Positions 38,448 to 45,139 of a DNA stretch of 45,139 nucleotides are shown one piece after another; positions within the stretch are counted from its first letter, which is position 1, and each line of letters opens with the position of its first letter. A program made the translations under genes and the position numbers. Source of the stretch: an uncultured Methanosarcinales archaeon. Its GTDB lineage: Archaea; Nanobdellota; Nanobdellia; Woesearchaeales; CAZPJY01. The notes below the pieces were generated by a model. It saw nothing but the letters and a program-made list of their open reading frames with translations. It was not told the DNA's origin and did no database searches. The stretch is from positions 1 to 45,139 of the forward strand of contig CAZPJY010000015.1 in assembly GCA_964587045.1 (NCBI GenBank), in the 5' to 3' direction.

Positions 38448-39357
38448 TCTTCTCGACTATCCGCGAGAGTATCGGGCTCGCTCCCACCTGGATGAGGCGG
38501 TATAACTCCCTGATTTGGGAGAGCAGGATTGTCTGGTCGCCCTTGCCCTTTGCCATCGAGTCCAGCAGCCCTCCGAAATGGTATTTCCTGCGGAGGCTAT
38601 TCAGCCTGTGTATACTGGAGATATCCTCCTTGGTGAAAGCCTGGTAGAACAGTTCATAATAGCCTTTCAGTCCGGCCAGGTATTCGTTCACTTCAGCGCC
38701 GGGCTTGATCTTTCTGTCAAGCGCTGTCTTATATATATAGTAATAGGAATGCTGGAAGTGCATCAGGAAGGTCAGGAGCTCCCAGTCAAGCACCGGGTTG
38801 TGCTCGTACTTCTCCCTGATCAGGACACGCCTGCAGAACAGCACGAACCTGTCCTGCTGCGTCCTAAGAGTCGATACCGCTCCCATGCGTTCGAGCCTGC
38901 TGGAGGTGAAGTCCTCTGTAACCACGTTGTGCATCTCCTTTACCATGAGGAAGATCCGGCGGAGCAGGGCGTCGTACTTCTCGTCTGTCGGCTCTGAAAT
39001 GTTCTCTATCGTACACCCTCCGGGTGTCCTGTCGGTCACCTCGAATCCTAATAGGGACTCTGCTGTGAATTTTTCGATGCGTCCGATCCCGGGCTCATCC
39101 AGGCCGATTATCCTTACAGAGTCCATACCATTCCTGTACATGTGGGACAGCAGTGTCTCCAGGTCAGCACGGTTTTGGTCCGTTACCTCGATTGTCGCCT
39201 CCTTTCTCTGCCTGACAGCGGTGCCGACTATGAGGTTGACGCCGTCGTCGGATATCTCGACCTCCTCTCCGGAAGACAACCCTTTCCTGTCGATCCACTT
39301 CTTGGGCAGGTATATAGTGAATCCTCCTCCGCCCTGCTTAATAAGCTTCCTTCTCAT
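38437..39357 (-). CDS. Archaeal AbrB-PhoU-type transcriptional regulator
   Basis: N-term RKLIKQG....IYLPKKWI...L..G.EV (AbrB), Y..G.D.V.I, GFEV, helical PhoU-like C-terminus. Confidence 0.85.
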   Translation of the reverse strand: MRRKLIKQGGGGFTIYLPKKWIDRKGLSSGEEVEISDDGVNLIVGTAVRQRKEATIEVTDQNRADLETLLSHMYRNGMDSVRIIGLDEPGIGRIEKFTAESLLGFEVTDRTPGGCTIENISEPTDEKYDALLRRIFLMVKEMHNVVTEDFTSSRLERMGAVSTLRTQQDRFVLFCRRVLIREKYEHNPVLDWELLTFLMHFQHSYYYIYKTALDRKIKPGAEVNEYLAGLKGYYELFYQAFTKEDISSIHRLNSLRRKYHFGGLLDSMAKGKGDQTILLSQIRELYRLIQVGASPILSRIVEKTSQ

Positions 39358-39377
39358 GGCGCCGTGTGAGGCCTTTG

Positions 39378-39394
39378 TATATTTAACCTTTTCG
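39378..39394 (-). promoter_or_regulatory. BRE/TATA promoter of the regulator gene
   Basis: Minus strand reads CGAAAAGGTTAAATATA about 20 nt upstream of the ATG (leaderless-type spacing). Confidence 0.7.
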
Positions 39395-39397
39395 TTT

Positions 39398-39437
39398 TTA
39401 ATATCAGTGATATGATTAATATCAGTTAGATATTAGT
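39398..39437. repeat. Direct repeats in the divergent promoter
   Basis: TTAATATCAGT at 39398-39408 and 39416-39426; degenerate GATATTAGT at 39429-39437. Confidence 0.65.
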
Positions 39438-39482
39438 AATAAAAAGTATCACTTAGTAGTAATAACATCATAAGGAGTTGAT

Positions 39483-40928
39483 ATGATGGATGAAACATCA
39501 TGGAAAGAGAAGGCCCTGAAGGCCATGAAGATTCTAGAAACATTGTCCCAGCCCCCCCTCCAGCTGGCAACGGTAGTGGGCGTCGACGAGAAGACGGTCG
39601 AAATCGGCATGCCTTCCGGGGCGCAGTACATCGTCCATTACGACCCGCGCCTGAAAGGAAAGCTCAAGCTGGGCCAGGACGTGCGAATATCGCCCGAGTC
39701 CTACGCAGTGGTGAGCATAGAAGGCAAGGTGAGGACCCACTCCGCAGCAGTTGTTGAAGACGTCCTCAAGGACGGAAGGGTCAAGATATCCTCGCCGAAA
39801 GGGGAAAAGGTGATCCAGACCGCAGTCGAGGTCAAGGCAGGCGAAAACGTCATCGTCGACAACAGCTTCAGCGTCGTCCTGGAGAACCTGGGCAACAGCA
39901 GCAAGGCATACAGCATAGAGAAGGTGCCCAAAGTCCCCTGGAAAAGCATAGGCGGGCTTGAACAGACCATATGCAAGATAAAGGAGACAGTCGAGCAGCC
40001 ATTCCTCTACAAAGAAGTGTATTCGAAGTTCCCGACTAGGCAGCCCCCGAAGGGCGTGCTGATCTTCGGACCGCCCGGATGCGGAAAGACCATGATAGGA
40101 AAGGCTATAGCCTACAACCTGGCAGTCCGCATGCGAGAGAAGGAGAACAAGGACGTGAACGGATACTTCCTCTACGTGGCAGGACCGGAATTCCTGCAGC
40201 GCTTCGTCGGAGTCGGCGAGGCCAAGGTCAGGGAGCTCTTCGGCAATGCGCGGGAGACCGCCGCGCAGAACGGTGACCCGGTCGTCATCTTCGTCGACGA
40301 GCCTGAAGCAGTGCTCAGACAGAGGGGCACGGGCAAGTCATCGGACGCCCACGACTCGATAGTCAACCAGTTCCTGGTGGAGATGGACGGGCTCAACTCG
40401 CTGGAGAATGTGATGGTACTCCTGGCGACCAACAGGCACGAGCTCCTGGACTCAGCGGTCGTGAGGCCAGGAAGGATAGACAAGAAGATCTATGTCCCGA
40501 GACCCGACCAGCAGGGAGCAGAGTCCATATTCTCAATCTACCTAAAGGACCTGCCGCTGCACAGGAAGGGCTTCAACAGCAAGCCTGTCAAGCAGTACGC
40601 CCAACACGCAGCTTCACAGGTGTTCGAAAAGCCAAGGCCGGTGCTGGAAGTGAAGTACATGGACGGCAACAGCGACACTATCCACTACAAGAGCATGTTC
40701 AGCGGCGCAAGCGTGGTGTCCATAGTCAACAGGGCCATAGACTTCGCCATCAACAGAGGCATCAAGGGGAAAAGCTCAGAGATAGTTCTGGATGACCTGA
40801 CCGACGCAGTCGAGATGGAGTACGAGGAGAACAGGGCGCTGCACAACCAGTTCACGCCGAATGATATGCGGGACGTCGTGGGTGACAATTTCAAGCAGAT
40901 CGTGGAAGTCACAGCTGCCTACAGGTGA
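39483..40928 (+). CDS. arc: Proteasome-associated ATPase ARC/Mpa
   Basis: LSQPP then tandem OB-like region; GPPGCGKT; YFL...GPE; RGTGKSSD; RPGRID; ARC-specific LEVKY.DG...SGA.V.SIV.RA...AI and E..EN..L....P.D. Confidence 0.92.
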   Translation: MMDETSWKEKALKAMKILETLSQPPLQLATVVGVDEKTVEIGMPSGAQYIVHYDPRLKGKLKLGQDVRISPESYAVVSIEGKVRTHSAAVVEDVLKDGRVKISSPKGEKVIQTAVEVKAGENVIVDNSFSVVLENLGNSSKAYSIEKVPKVPWKSIGGLEQTICKIKETVEQPFLYKEVYSKFPTRQPPKGVLIFGPPGCGKTMIGKAIAYNLAVRMREKENKDVNGYFLYVAGPEFLQRFVGVGEAKVRELFGNARETAAQNGDPVVIFVDEPEAVLRQRGTGKSSDAHDSIVNQFLVEMDGLNSLENVMVLLATNRHELLDSAVVRPGRIDKKIYVPRPDQQGAESIFSIYLKDLPLHRKGFNSKPVKQYAQHAASQVFEKPRPVLEVKYMDGNSDTIHYKSMFSGASVVSIVNRAIDFAINRGIKGKSSEIVLDDLTDAVEMEYEENRALHNQFTPNDMRDVVGDNFKQIVEVTAAYR

Positions 40929-40935
40929 GGCGAAG

Positions 40936-42732
40936 ATGGCTATGAAGCGAATAATGGGGACTGAGACAGAGTACGGCATAGTCGGAGGTGACGCGCACGC
41001 GGTCGTCCGCGCCTACCAAGGCAGGAAAGCGTCCCACGAGAATTTCCAAAGCACCAACCAATCCGCAGTCCCAGGATTCACCGACATCGGCGGCCACGTC
41101 GGAGGCGACTACGGCAGCGTCGAGGACCAGCTTTCCGAGCTGTACGGAGAAGGATATTACCCGCAGAGCTCCCAGCATAGCATTCCTAGGATAAGCTACC
41201 AGCCACCAGGCTACAGCATACCTGATGATATTATCGACAACGGATCCCGGTTCTACGTGGACATGGGACACCCTGAGATGAGCATCGCAGAGACCTCCAA
41301 CCCGAGGGACGCTGTCATCTGGGACAAGGCAGGTGAGCTCATCGTCCTGGGTTCAGCAAAGCGTGCAGGTCAGATCAAGATCTACAAGAACAACTGTGAC
41401 GGCAAAGGCACAAGCTACGGCTGCCACGAGAACTACCTGCTAAAGAGGATCAGCCCAAAAAAGTTCGAAGAGGGGCTGACCAAGGCGCTTCTCCCTTTCT
41501 TCATCACCAGGCAGATCTACTGCGGGACCGGAAAGGTCGGGATAGAGAGTCCATCAAGCTATTCAGGCGTCTACTACTACGGCAAGGCTGTGAAGACCGA
41601 CCCTTACAAAGAGCAGATGGACAAAGCCAAGCAGGCCATATCAGATCTTGAGAGGTATTTCCTGGACACTCCTGACTTCAAGGAGGTCGCAAAGGTCCTG
41701 GCCAGATTCGCAAAGATCAGGGAGGACAGTGGCGAGCAGGAGGTCTACCAGCTCTCGCAGAGGGCTGATTTCATGGAATCGGTCATAGGGCTGCAGACCA
41801 CCCAGAACAGGCCCATCATGAACACCCGCGACGAGCCTCACGCCAACAGGGACAAGTACATGAGGCTGCACGTCATCTGCGGCGACGCCAATATGAGCGA
41901 AGTCGCACATTACCTCAAGATGGGGACCACATCGCTCGTGCTGGACCTGATTGAGGACAAATTGGCGCCTAACATTGAGGTGGTCAAGCCGGTGAGACAG
42001 GTGCAAAGGATCTCCTGGGACCTGCAGAGGAAGTGGCCTGTCGAGATTTCAGGAAACAAGACTATCTCAGCGGTCGACATCCAGAGGCTGTACCTGAAAG
42101 CTGCGCAGGACGCGTACACTGGAAAGGATAAGCTCACAGACGACATCCTGGGCCGCTGGGAGCACACCCTTGACACGCTGGAGCGCGACCCCATGGAGCT
42201 CTCGGGCACGATAGACTGGGTGATCAAGCTGAACTTGCTGACCCATCTGATGGACAAGCACGGCGTGGGGATGAACGACCAGGTAATCAAGAACGCCGCG
42301 CTGCAGTACCACGATGTGGACAGGGAAGCGAGCCTTTTCTACTACCTGCAAAAAGCCGGAGCGGTCGAAAGGATTGTGACAGACGAGGAGATAGCCTTCG
42401 CTGTGCTGAACCCACCTAGCGACACCAGGGCTTACCTGCGCGCAAAAGTCGGCGGGTTAAAGGCCGTCGACGATGTCGACTGGGGCGGATTTCGCATCCG
42501 CGTTGGAGATGAGCGCAAGCAAATTGATCTCGATGAGCCTTTCGCCGGAACAGAGGAGCAGGTAGGAGCGCTAGTGAATAATTACCCAGGACCAAAGCAG
42601 TTCGTAAAGGCCCTGGAAGCGATAGACGGGATAAAGGTGTCAACATACACGCCCCGTGTCTACACTCAGTCAAGAATCATCCAATATCAGTACGGCAAAA
42701 GGCCGAAAAACAAGAACCGGAGGTTTTGGTAA
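40936..42732 (+). CDS. dop: Pup deamidase/depupylase Dop
   Basis: RIMGTETEYGI, long Dop-loop insert, NGSRFYVDMGHPEMS, YKNNCDGKG.SYGCHENYL, SQRADF, RPIMNTRDEPHA, RLHVICGDANMSE, LQYHD. Confidence 0.88.
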   Translation: MAMKRIMGTETEYGIVGGDAHAVVRAYQGRKASHENFQSTNQSAVPGFTDIGGHVGGDYGSVEDQLSELYGEGYYPQSSQHSIPRISYQPPGYSIPDDIIDNGSRFYVDMGHPEMSIAETSNPRDAVIWDKAGELIVLGSAKRAGQIKIYKNNCDGKGTSYGCHENYLLKRISPKKFEEGLTKALLPFFITRQIYCGTGKVGIESPSSYSGVYYYGKAVKTDPYKEQMDKAKQAISDLERYFLDTPDFKEVAKVLARFAKIREDSGEQEVYQLSQRADFMESVIGLQTTQNRPIMNTRDEPHANRDKYMRLHVICGDANMSEVAHYLKMGTTSLVLDLIEDKLAPNIEVVKPVRQVQRISWDLQRKWPVEISGNKTISAVDIQRLYLKAAQDAYTGKDKLTDDILGRWEHTLDTLERDPMELSGTIDWVIKLNLLTHLMDKHGVGMNDQVIKNAALQYHDVDREASLFYYLQKAGAVERIVTDEEIAFAVLNPPSDTRAYLRAKVGGLKAVDDVDWGGFRIRVGDERKQIDLDEPFAGTEEQVGALVNNYPGPKQFVKALEAIDGIKVSTYTPRVYTQSRIIQYQYGKRPKNKNRRFW

Positions 42733-42733
42733 G

Positions 42734-42916
42734 ATGGAAGACCAAAAACAAATTTACCAACCGGGCGAAGAGCCCAACAAGGAACTGTACACAGGCAAGA
42801 AGAAGCTAGACCAGGTTAAGAAGCTCAAGAATGAAAATAGCCTTCTGGACGGGCTTGATAAGTTGGTCTCGAAAGGCAACCTTGCCGACCAGTACAAGCA
42901 GCAGGGCGGCCAGTGA
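42734..42916 (+). CDS. pup: Prokaryotic ubiquitin-like protein Pup (60 aa, C-terminal GGQ)
   Basis: ATG 1 nt after the dop stop; MEDQKQ...NSLLDGLDKLVSKGNLADQYKQQGGQ matches the Pup C-terminal pattern LLDEID.VL......YVQKGGQ. Confidence 0.9.
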   Translation: MEDQKQIYQPGEEPNKELYTGKKKLDQVKKLKNENSLLDGLDKLVSKGNLADQYKQQGGQ

Positions 42917-42918
42917 GG

Positions 42919-44661
42919 ATGGATCCCATCTTCACTTTCGTTCCTTCTTATGGAAGGAAACGGATATTCGGGACGGAGAACGAGTATGGGGTAGGTGGAA
43001 GGACTCGGGGCCTGCCTGGTTTCATCGCAAACGGCGGAAAGATCTACTCAGACTGTGGCCATATCGAGTACGCGACGCCCGAGTGCAGCAACCCGCTAGA
43101 AGCGGTGATCTACAACAAGGCAGGCGAGCTGCTGGCGCAGAAGTATGCAGACAAGATATACAAAAACAACGTCGACTCGAGGGGCAATACCTTCGGGGCT
43201 CACGAGAACTATTTCACAAAAGCCAGCTTTAAACGACTCAGGACCGTAATTCCTTTTCTGGTAACGAGGCAAATCTATGCCGGAACAGGAAAGCAAATGC
43301 GATACGGATTCAGCATAAGCCAAAGGTCATGTCACATTGAAAAAAATGAAAATAGTACTTCTTCAGATCACCGTGCGATTCTTTGCACCAAGAAGGAGAG
43401 TCTTGCAAACGATTCCGAATGGATGAGATTGCATCTAATACTTGGTGATGCCAACATGTCAGAGGTCGCTGAGTTCCTGAAAATCGGGACTACAGGTCTG
43501 GTTCTTGACCTCGTGGAGGACGGGTTGGAACCACGATTAGAATACAACAATATTTACTCAGTACAAGATCTGCACTCAATCTCAGAATCTACCTCAGACT
43601 GGCAAATTCGTCAGGGAGAAAAAGCCACAGACATCCAAAGGGGATACTTAAAAGCCGCAAAGAAGCACTACAAGGGACGCGACGAGATAACAGACACCAT
43701 CCTCGCCCTGTGGCAAGACACCCTAGACAAGCTCGACCGAGACCCTTCAGCGTTAATAGGCCGCGTGGACTGGATCACCAAGAAAGCCTTGATTGATCAG
43801 TACGCACAAGCCAATAATCTGGATATGACAAGTCTGATTCTCAGAAATATCGACCTGCAGTACCACGACACGGACCGAGAAAGGGGCCTGTTCTACGCGC
43901 TGCAAAAACAGGGCAAAGTGGAGCGGCTAGCAACAGACGAGATGATAAAGCATGCTATGCACGTGCCGCCCAATGACACTAGGGCTTCTCTTAGGGGTGC
44001 ACTCGCTAAGCAGAGTGATATATATAGAATTGAGTGGTATTCATTTCATCTGAAGAATTTGGTTATTCAATTAGCCGACCCATTCCAAGCAGAACTAAGT
44101 GAAGAACAAAAAGAGAGGGTAGCAAACATCAGAACTGACCTCCCAAAAGATTACCTTAAGAAGCTGGACCGGCTACCTAAGGACTGTCTCAATCTCATAA
44201 CGCAGGATATTCTCAAATTTATTGTAATAAAAAATTCGTACTCTCAGAAGTATGTGTACCAACACTTGTATCCAGCCGAGGATAAGCTTCCAAAACCTTA
44301 TATGATAATCCAGGTAGAAAGGAACCTTGGCAAAGAGATAGGCAGCATGCCGGATAGATACTTTTACGGTGGTACTTTAGACCAAGTCCCACTCAAAACC
44401 AAAGGGATAATCAACCGTGTTGAAAATGGATGGTTCCATAACAAAATAGAGGCAATTTTGGAAAACGGTCGTACTTGGGCTCTGGAGGGAGAGGAGGTAG
44501 CGCTCTTCTGCATCGATAAAAATATCAAAGACTTGGTTGAAGACCTAACCTCCCACGACATCTCTTTCAAAAAACAGATAGACGAAGTAATCCACGATAA
44601 AGTTCTCATAACAGCAGTCAACAACAGAGACGTTTTCAGGAGGATGTGGGAAGATGAGTGA
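42919..44661 (+). CDS. pafA: Pup--protein ligase PafA-like with ~190 aa C-terminal extension
   Basis: RIFGTENEYG, NGGKIYSDCGHIEYATPEC (no Dop loop), KNN.DSRGNTFGAHENY, PFLVTRQ, RLHLILGDANMSE, DLQYHD, PP.DTRA.LRG. Confidence 0.85.
   Translation: MDPIFTFVPSYGRKRIFGTENEYGVGGRTRGLPGFIANGGKIYSDCGHIEYATPECSNPLEAVIYNKAGELLAQKYADKIYKNNVDSRGNTFGAHENYFTKASFKRLRTVIPFLVTRQIYAGTGKQMRYGFSISQRSCHIEKNENSTSSDHRAILCTKKESLANDSEWMRLHLILGDANMSEVAEFLKIGTTGLVLDLVEDGLEPRLEYNNIYSVQDLHSISESTSDWQIRQGEKATDIQRGYLKAAKKHYKGRDEITDTILALWQDTLDKLDRDPSALIGRVDWITKKALIDQYAQANNLDMTSLILRNIDLQYHDTDRERGLFYALQKQGKVERLATDEMIKHAMHVPPNDTRASLRGALAKQSDIYRIEWYSFHLKNLVIQLADPFQAELSEEQKERVANIRTDLPKDYLKKLDRLPKDCLNLITQDILKFIVIKNSYSQKYVYQHLYPAEDKLPKPYMIIQVERNLGKEIGSMPDRYFYGGTLDQVPLKTKGIINRVENGWFHNKIEAILENGRTWALEGEEVALFCIDKNIKDLVEDLTSHDISFKKQIDEVIHDKVLITAVNNRDVFRRMWEDE
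43043..43127 (+). repeat. 85-bp repeat copy 1 (within pafA-1)
   Basis: 84/85 identical to 44787-44871 by manual comparison. Confidence 0.9.
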
Positions 44662-45139
44662 GCCATTGTTCACATCGGTTCCCAAGTACGGGCGGCAGAG
44701 AATATTCGGAACAGAGAACGAGTACGGAGTAAAAGACTGGGACGGACATCTCGAGGAAAGAGAATTCATATGGAATGGTGCGCGACTCTACTCAGACTGT
44801 GGCCATATCGAGTACGCGACGCCCGAGTGCAGCAACCCGCTGGAAGCGGTGATCTACAACAAGGCAGGCGAACTTATCGCGCAGAGATATGCAGGTAAGG
44901 TCTACAAGAATAATCTGGACTGGAAAGGGAACGCCTTCGGAGCGCATGAGAACTACTCAGGTAATGCTAATGCCAGAAATATTCTCAAGGCACTCCCCTT
45001 CTTGGTGACCAGGCAGATATTTGCCGGCTCAGGCTGGCTTTTGTCAAACGGAGAGTTCCACGTATCCCAACGCAGTCACCTTATGGAATATTTATATAAT
45101 GGTCTGTCCATGTGTGATAGGAGCATCTATAATATTAAG
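44654..45139 (+). CDS. pafA: Second PafA-like paralogue (3'-partial, not in the ORF track)
   Basis: Manual translation MSEPLFTSVPKYGRQRIFGTENEYG...NGARLYSDCGHIEYATPECSNP...KNNLDWKGNAFGAHENY...LPFLVTRQIFAGSG...SQRS; open to the window end. Confidence 0.88.
   Translation, partial: MSEPLFTSVPKYGRQRIFGTENEYGVKDWDGHLEEREFIWNGARLYSDCGHIEYATPECSNPLEAVIYNKAGELIAQRYAGKVYKNNLDWKGNAFGAHENYSGNANARNILKALPFLVTRQIFAGSGWLLSNGEFHVSQRSHLMEYLYNGLSMCDRSIYNIK
44787..44871 (+). repeat. 85-bp repeat copy 2 (within pafA-2)
   Basis: 84/85 identical to 43043-43127. Confidence 0.9.

Noticed and set aside
39483..40928. Calling the ATPase archaeal PAN or Cdc48
   Set aside because: Single AAA domain with ARC-specific motifs (RGTG.SSD, LEV.Y..G insert) and adjacency to dop/pup favour ARC/Mpa.
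42656..42733. N-terminal 26 codons of the 86-aa ORF given in the track
   Set aside because: They overlap the dop 3' end; ATG 42734 gives a Pup-sized protein coupled to the dop stop.
43043..44871. 85-bp repeat as a DGR template/variable repeat pair (mismatch is A vs G)
   Set aside because: Only one synonymous mismatch, both copies are in conserved catalytic coding sequence, and there is no reverse transcriptase in the window.
1..45139. CRISPR array, rRNA, integrase/transposase, inteins
   Set aside because: No regularly spaced repeats or recognisable motifs were seen by eye; aIF5B and the other core genes have normal lengths.

Overview
The window is from an archaeal genome, most likely a DPANN/Woesearchaeota-like lineage. 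That placement is inferred from archaeal-type aIF5B, aEF-1beta, prefoldin beta, Trm1, ABCE1, UPF0147 and BRE/TATA promoters, plus a compact AlaRS. The left half (1-23.5 kb) is mostly housekeeping and translation genes, with tRNA-Thr(CGU) followed by a broken CYTH gene. After a 10-N scaffold gap (23642-23651) comes a ~21 kb accessory region. It holds (i) a 7-gene operon with coiled-coil proteins, an AAA ATPase with an atypical Walker B, a MoxR/ChlI-like ATPase and a VWA protein; (ii) a bacterial-type beta-barrel (TorF/Gcw_chp-like) gene; (iii) two paralogous membrane-anchored Ser/Thr kinases that share an unusual C-terminal domain; and (iv) an AbrB-PhoU regulator divergent from a pupylation operon. 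The highlight is that operon: arc/mpa ATPase - dop - pup (60 aa, ends GGQ, start not called by the ORF track) - pafA - second pafA paralogue (cut off by the window end). It has no proteasome subunit genes between pup and pafA, its ATPase ends in a PAN-like HbYX tail (AYR), and its ligase is duplicated, with an added C-terminal domain on the first copy. All family calls come from motif recognition by eye; no database searches were run.
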